Shown here one piece after another: positions 63,091 to 64,000 of a stretch of DNA of 64,000 nucleotides. The first letter of the stretch is position 1. The number at the start of each line of letters is the position of its first letter. The stretch covers positions 62,001 through 126,000 of the forward strand of contig JALMLS010000282.1 of assembly GCA_038496445.1 (NCBI GenBank), given 5' to 3'. Position numbers and translations under genes: made by a program. This DNA comes from Trichosphaerium sp. ATCC 40318 (lineage: Eukaryota; Protista; Tubulinea). Under the pieces are notes generated by a model. That model made no database searches and had not been told where the DNA came from. It saw only the letters and a list, made by a program, of their open reading frames with translations.

Positions 63091-64000
63091 ATGGCGGAGC
63101 CACAAACTCCAGAGGTTAATTTACAGTATGTTAACCGTTTGGCCACTGGTTACAACCATTCAATGGTAATCGCAGACGATCGCTTCGTTTACACGTGGGG
63201 ACGAAATAATGAGCGCCAATTGGGTAATACAGACGAAATACAGAGTTCTATCGCAAGACCAATAAAGTCACTCCTAAATATCGTCTGTATTGCTGCTGGA
63301 TACAATCACAGCATTGCAGTTGATTCAAACGGTATTGTGTATTCATGGGGCTTTAACGAAGAAGGTGCATTGGGTCTGGGTCACTTTGCGTCACCTGTTT
63401 CGTCACCAACACGTGTTCCAAATCTCAACAATATCACGAAAGTCACTGCCGATTTTGTGAGTATGGCGTTATCACATTCAGGCCATGTCTACTCTTGGGG
63501 AGACAACAGATTTCATGGATTGGGTCATTCATTCGACAAGAAGAAAGTTTCATCACCAGTGCTAATTCCTCATCTTGAAAATGTTCAAAAAATTGAAACT
63601 AATTGTTATGTAAGTGGAGCAATGACATCAACAGGTCATGTCTTTCTTTGGAGAACAACAGGTGATAAAGCAAAAGATAAAGCATTATTCTTGAATCCAA
63701 AGACAATTTCACGTGTTCCAAACATTGAAGATGCCACTGATATTGCCATTGGTTTTCAGCATGTACTTGTTCTCCTCAAGTCAGGACAAGTATTTTCTTT
63801 TGGACTTAACTACAATGGGGAATTGGGTATTGGTCAAGGTATCATCAAAGGACTCAATAACATCGTATCTGTACATGCTGGTATTTGGTCATCATTTGCA
63901 ATTGATGATGAAGGTTGTTTGTTTGGGTGGGGTAAAGGGAAATGGATTAATTCATTCTCATCAAACAAACCATTAAAATTACCTGGAAAATATCTTGATT
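63091..64000 (+). CDS. RCC1-repeat paralog, open to the window end
   Basis: MAEPQTPEVNLQYVNRLATGYNHS..., highly similar to the 34761 copy, with no stop before 64000. Confidence 0.85.
   Translation, partial: MAEPQTPEVNLQYVNRLATGYNHSMVIADDRFVYTWGRNNERQLGNTDEIQSSIARPIKSLLNIVCIAAGYNHSIAVDSNGIVYSWGFNEEGALGLGHFASPVSSPTRVPNLNNITKVTADFVSMALSHSGHVYSWGDNRFHGLGHSFDKKKVSSPVLIPHLENVQKIETNCYVSGAMTSTGHVFLWRTTGDKAKDKALFLNPKTISRVPNIEDATDIAIGFQHVLVLLKSGQVFSFGLNYNGELGIGQGIIKGLNNIVSVHAGIWSSFAIDDEGCLFGWGKGKWINSFSSNKPLKLPGKYLD

Noticed and set aside
1-64000. Alternative genetic code to explain fragmented ORFs
   Set aside because: The breaks are explained by GT-AG introns or indels, and TAA, TAG and TGA all end intact genes.

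Overview
AT-rich (roughly one-third GC), intron-dense eukaryotic DNA in the standard genetic code, with short GT-AG introns carrying CTAAY/CTGAY branch motifs. The gene content suggests a free-living amoeboid protist, probably Amoebozoa (inference only). Single-copy genes: degenerate G-alpha, BTB protein, SAM-formate/nitrite channel, fimbrin-like protein with an intronic tRNA-Asn, SARA/endofin C-terminal-like protein, GH10 xylanase with a CBM, CREG, RhoGAP-ADF-H, C-type lectin receptor, S53 tripeptidyl peptidase and a C2 protein. These are interleaved with fast-turnover families: five RCC1(+SAM-like) copies, about seven F-box-like/MORN-repeat copies (two ending in a CaaX box), two paralogous F-box genes, three Rho GTPases that all lack the catalytic Gln, and a small MITE-like repeat. 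The top candidate is a spliced, signal-peptide-bearing gene at 3726-4735 whose C-terminus aligns by eye with the lipid II-cleaving domain of colicin M. CACGTG is also about 10-fold over-represented across the window. All exon models were built by hand and no searches were run.
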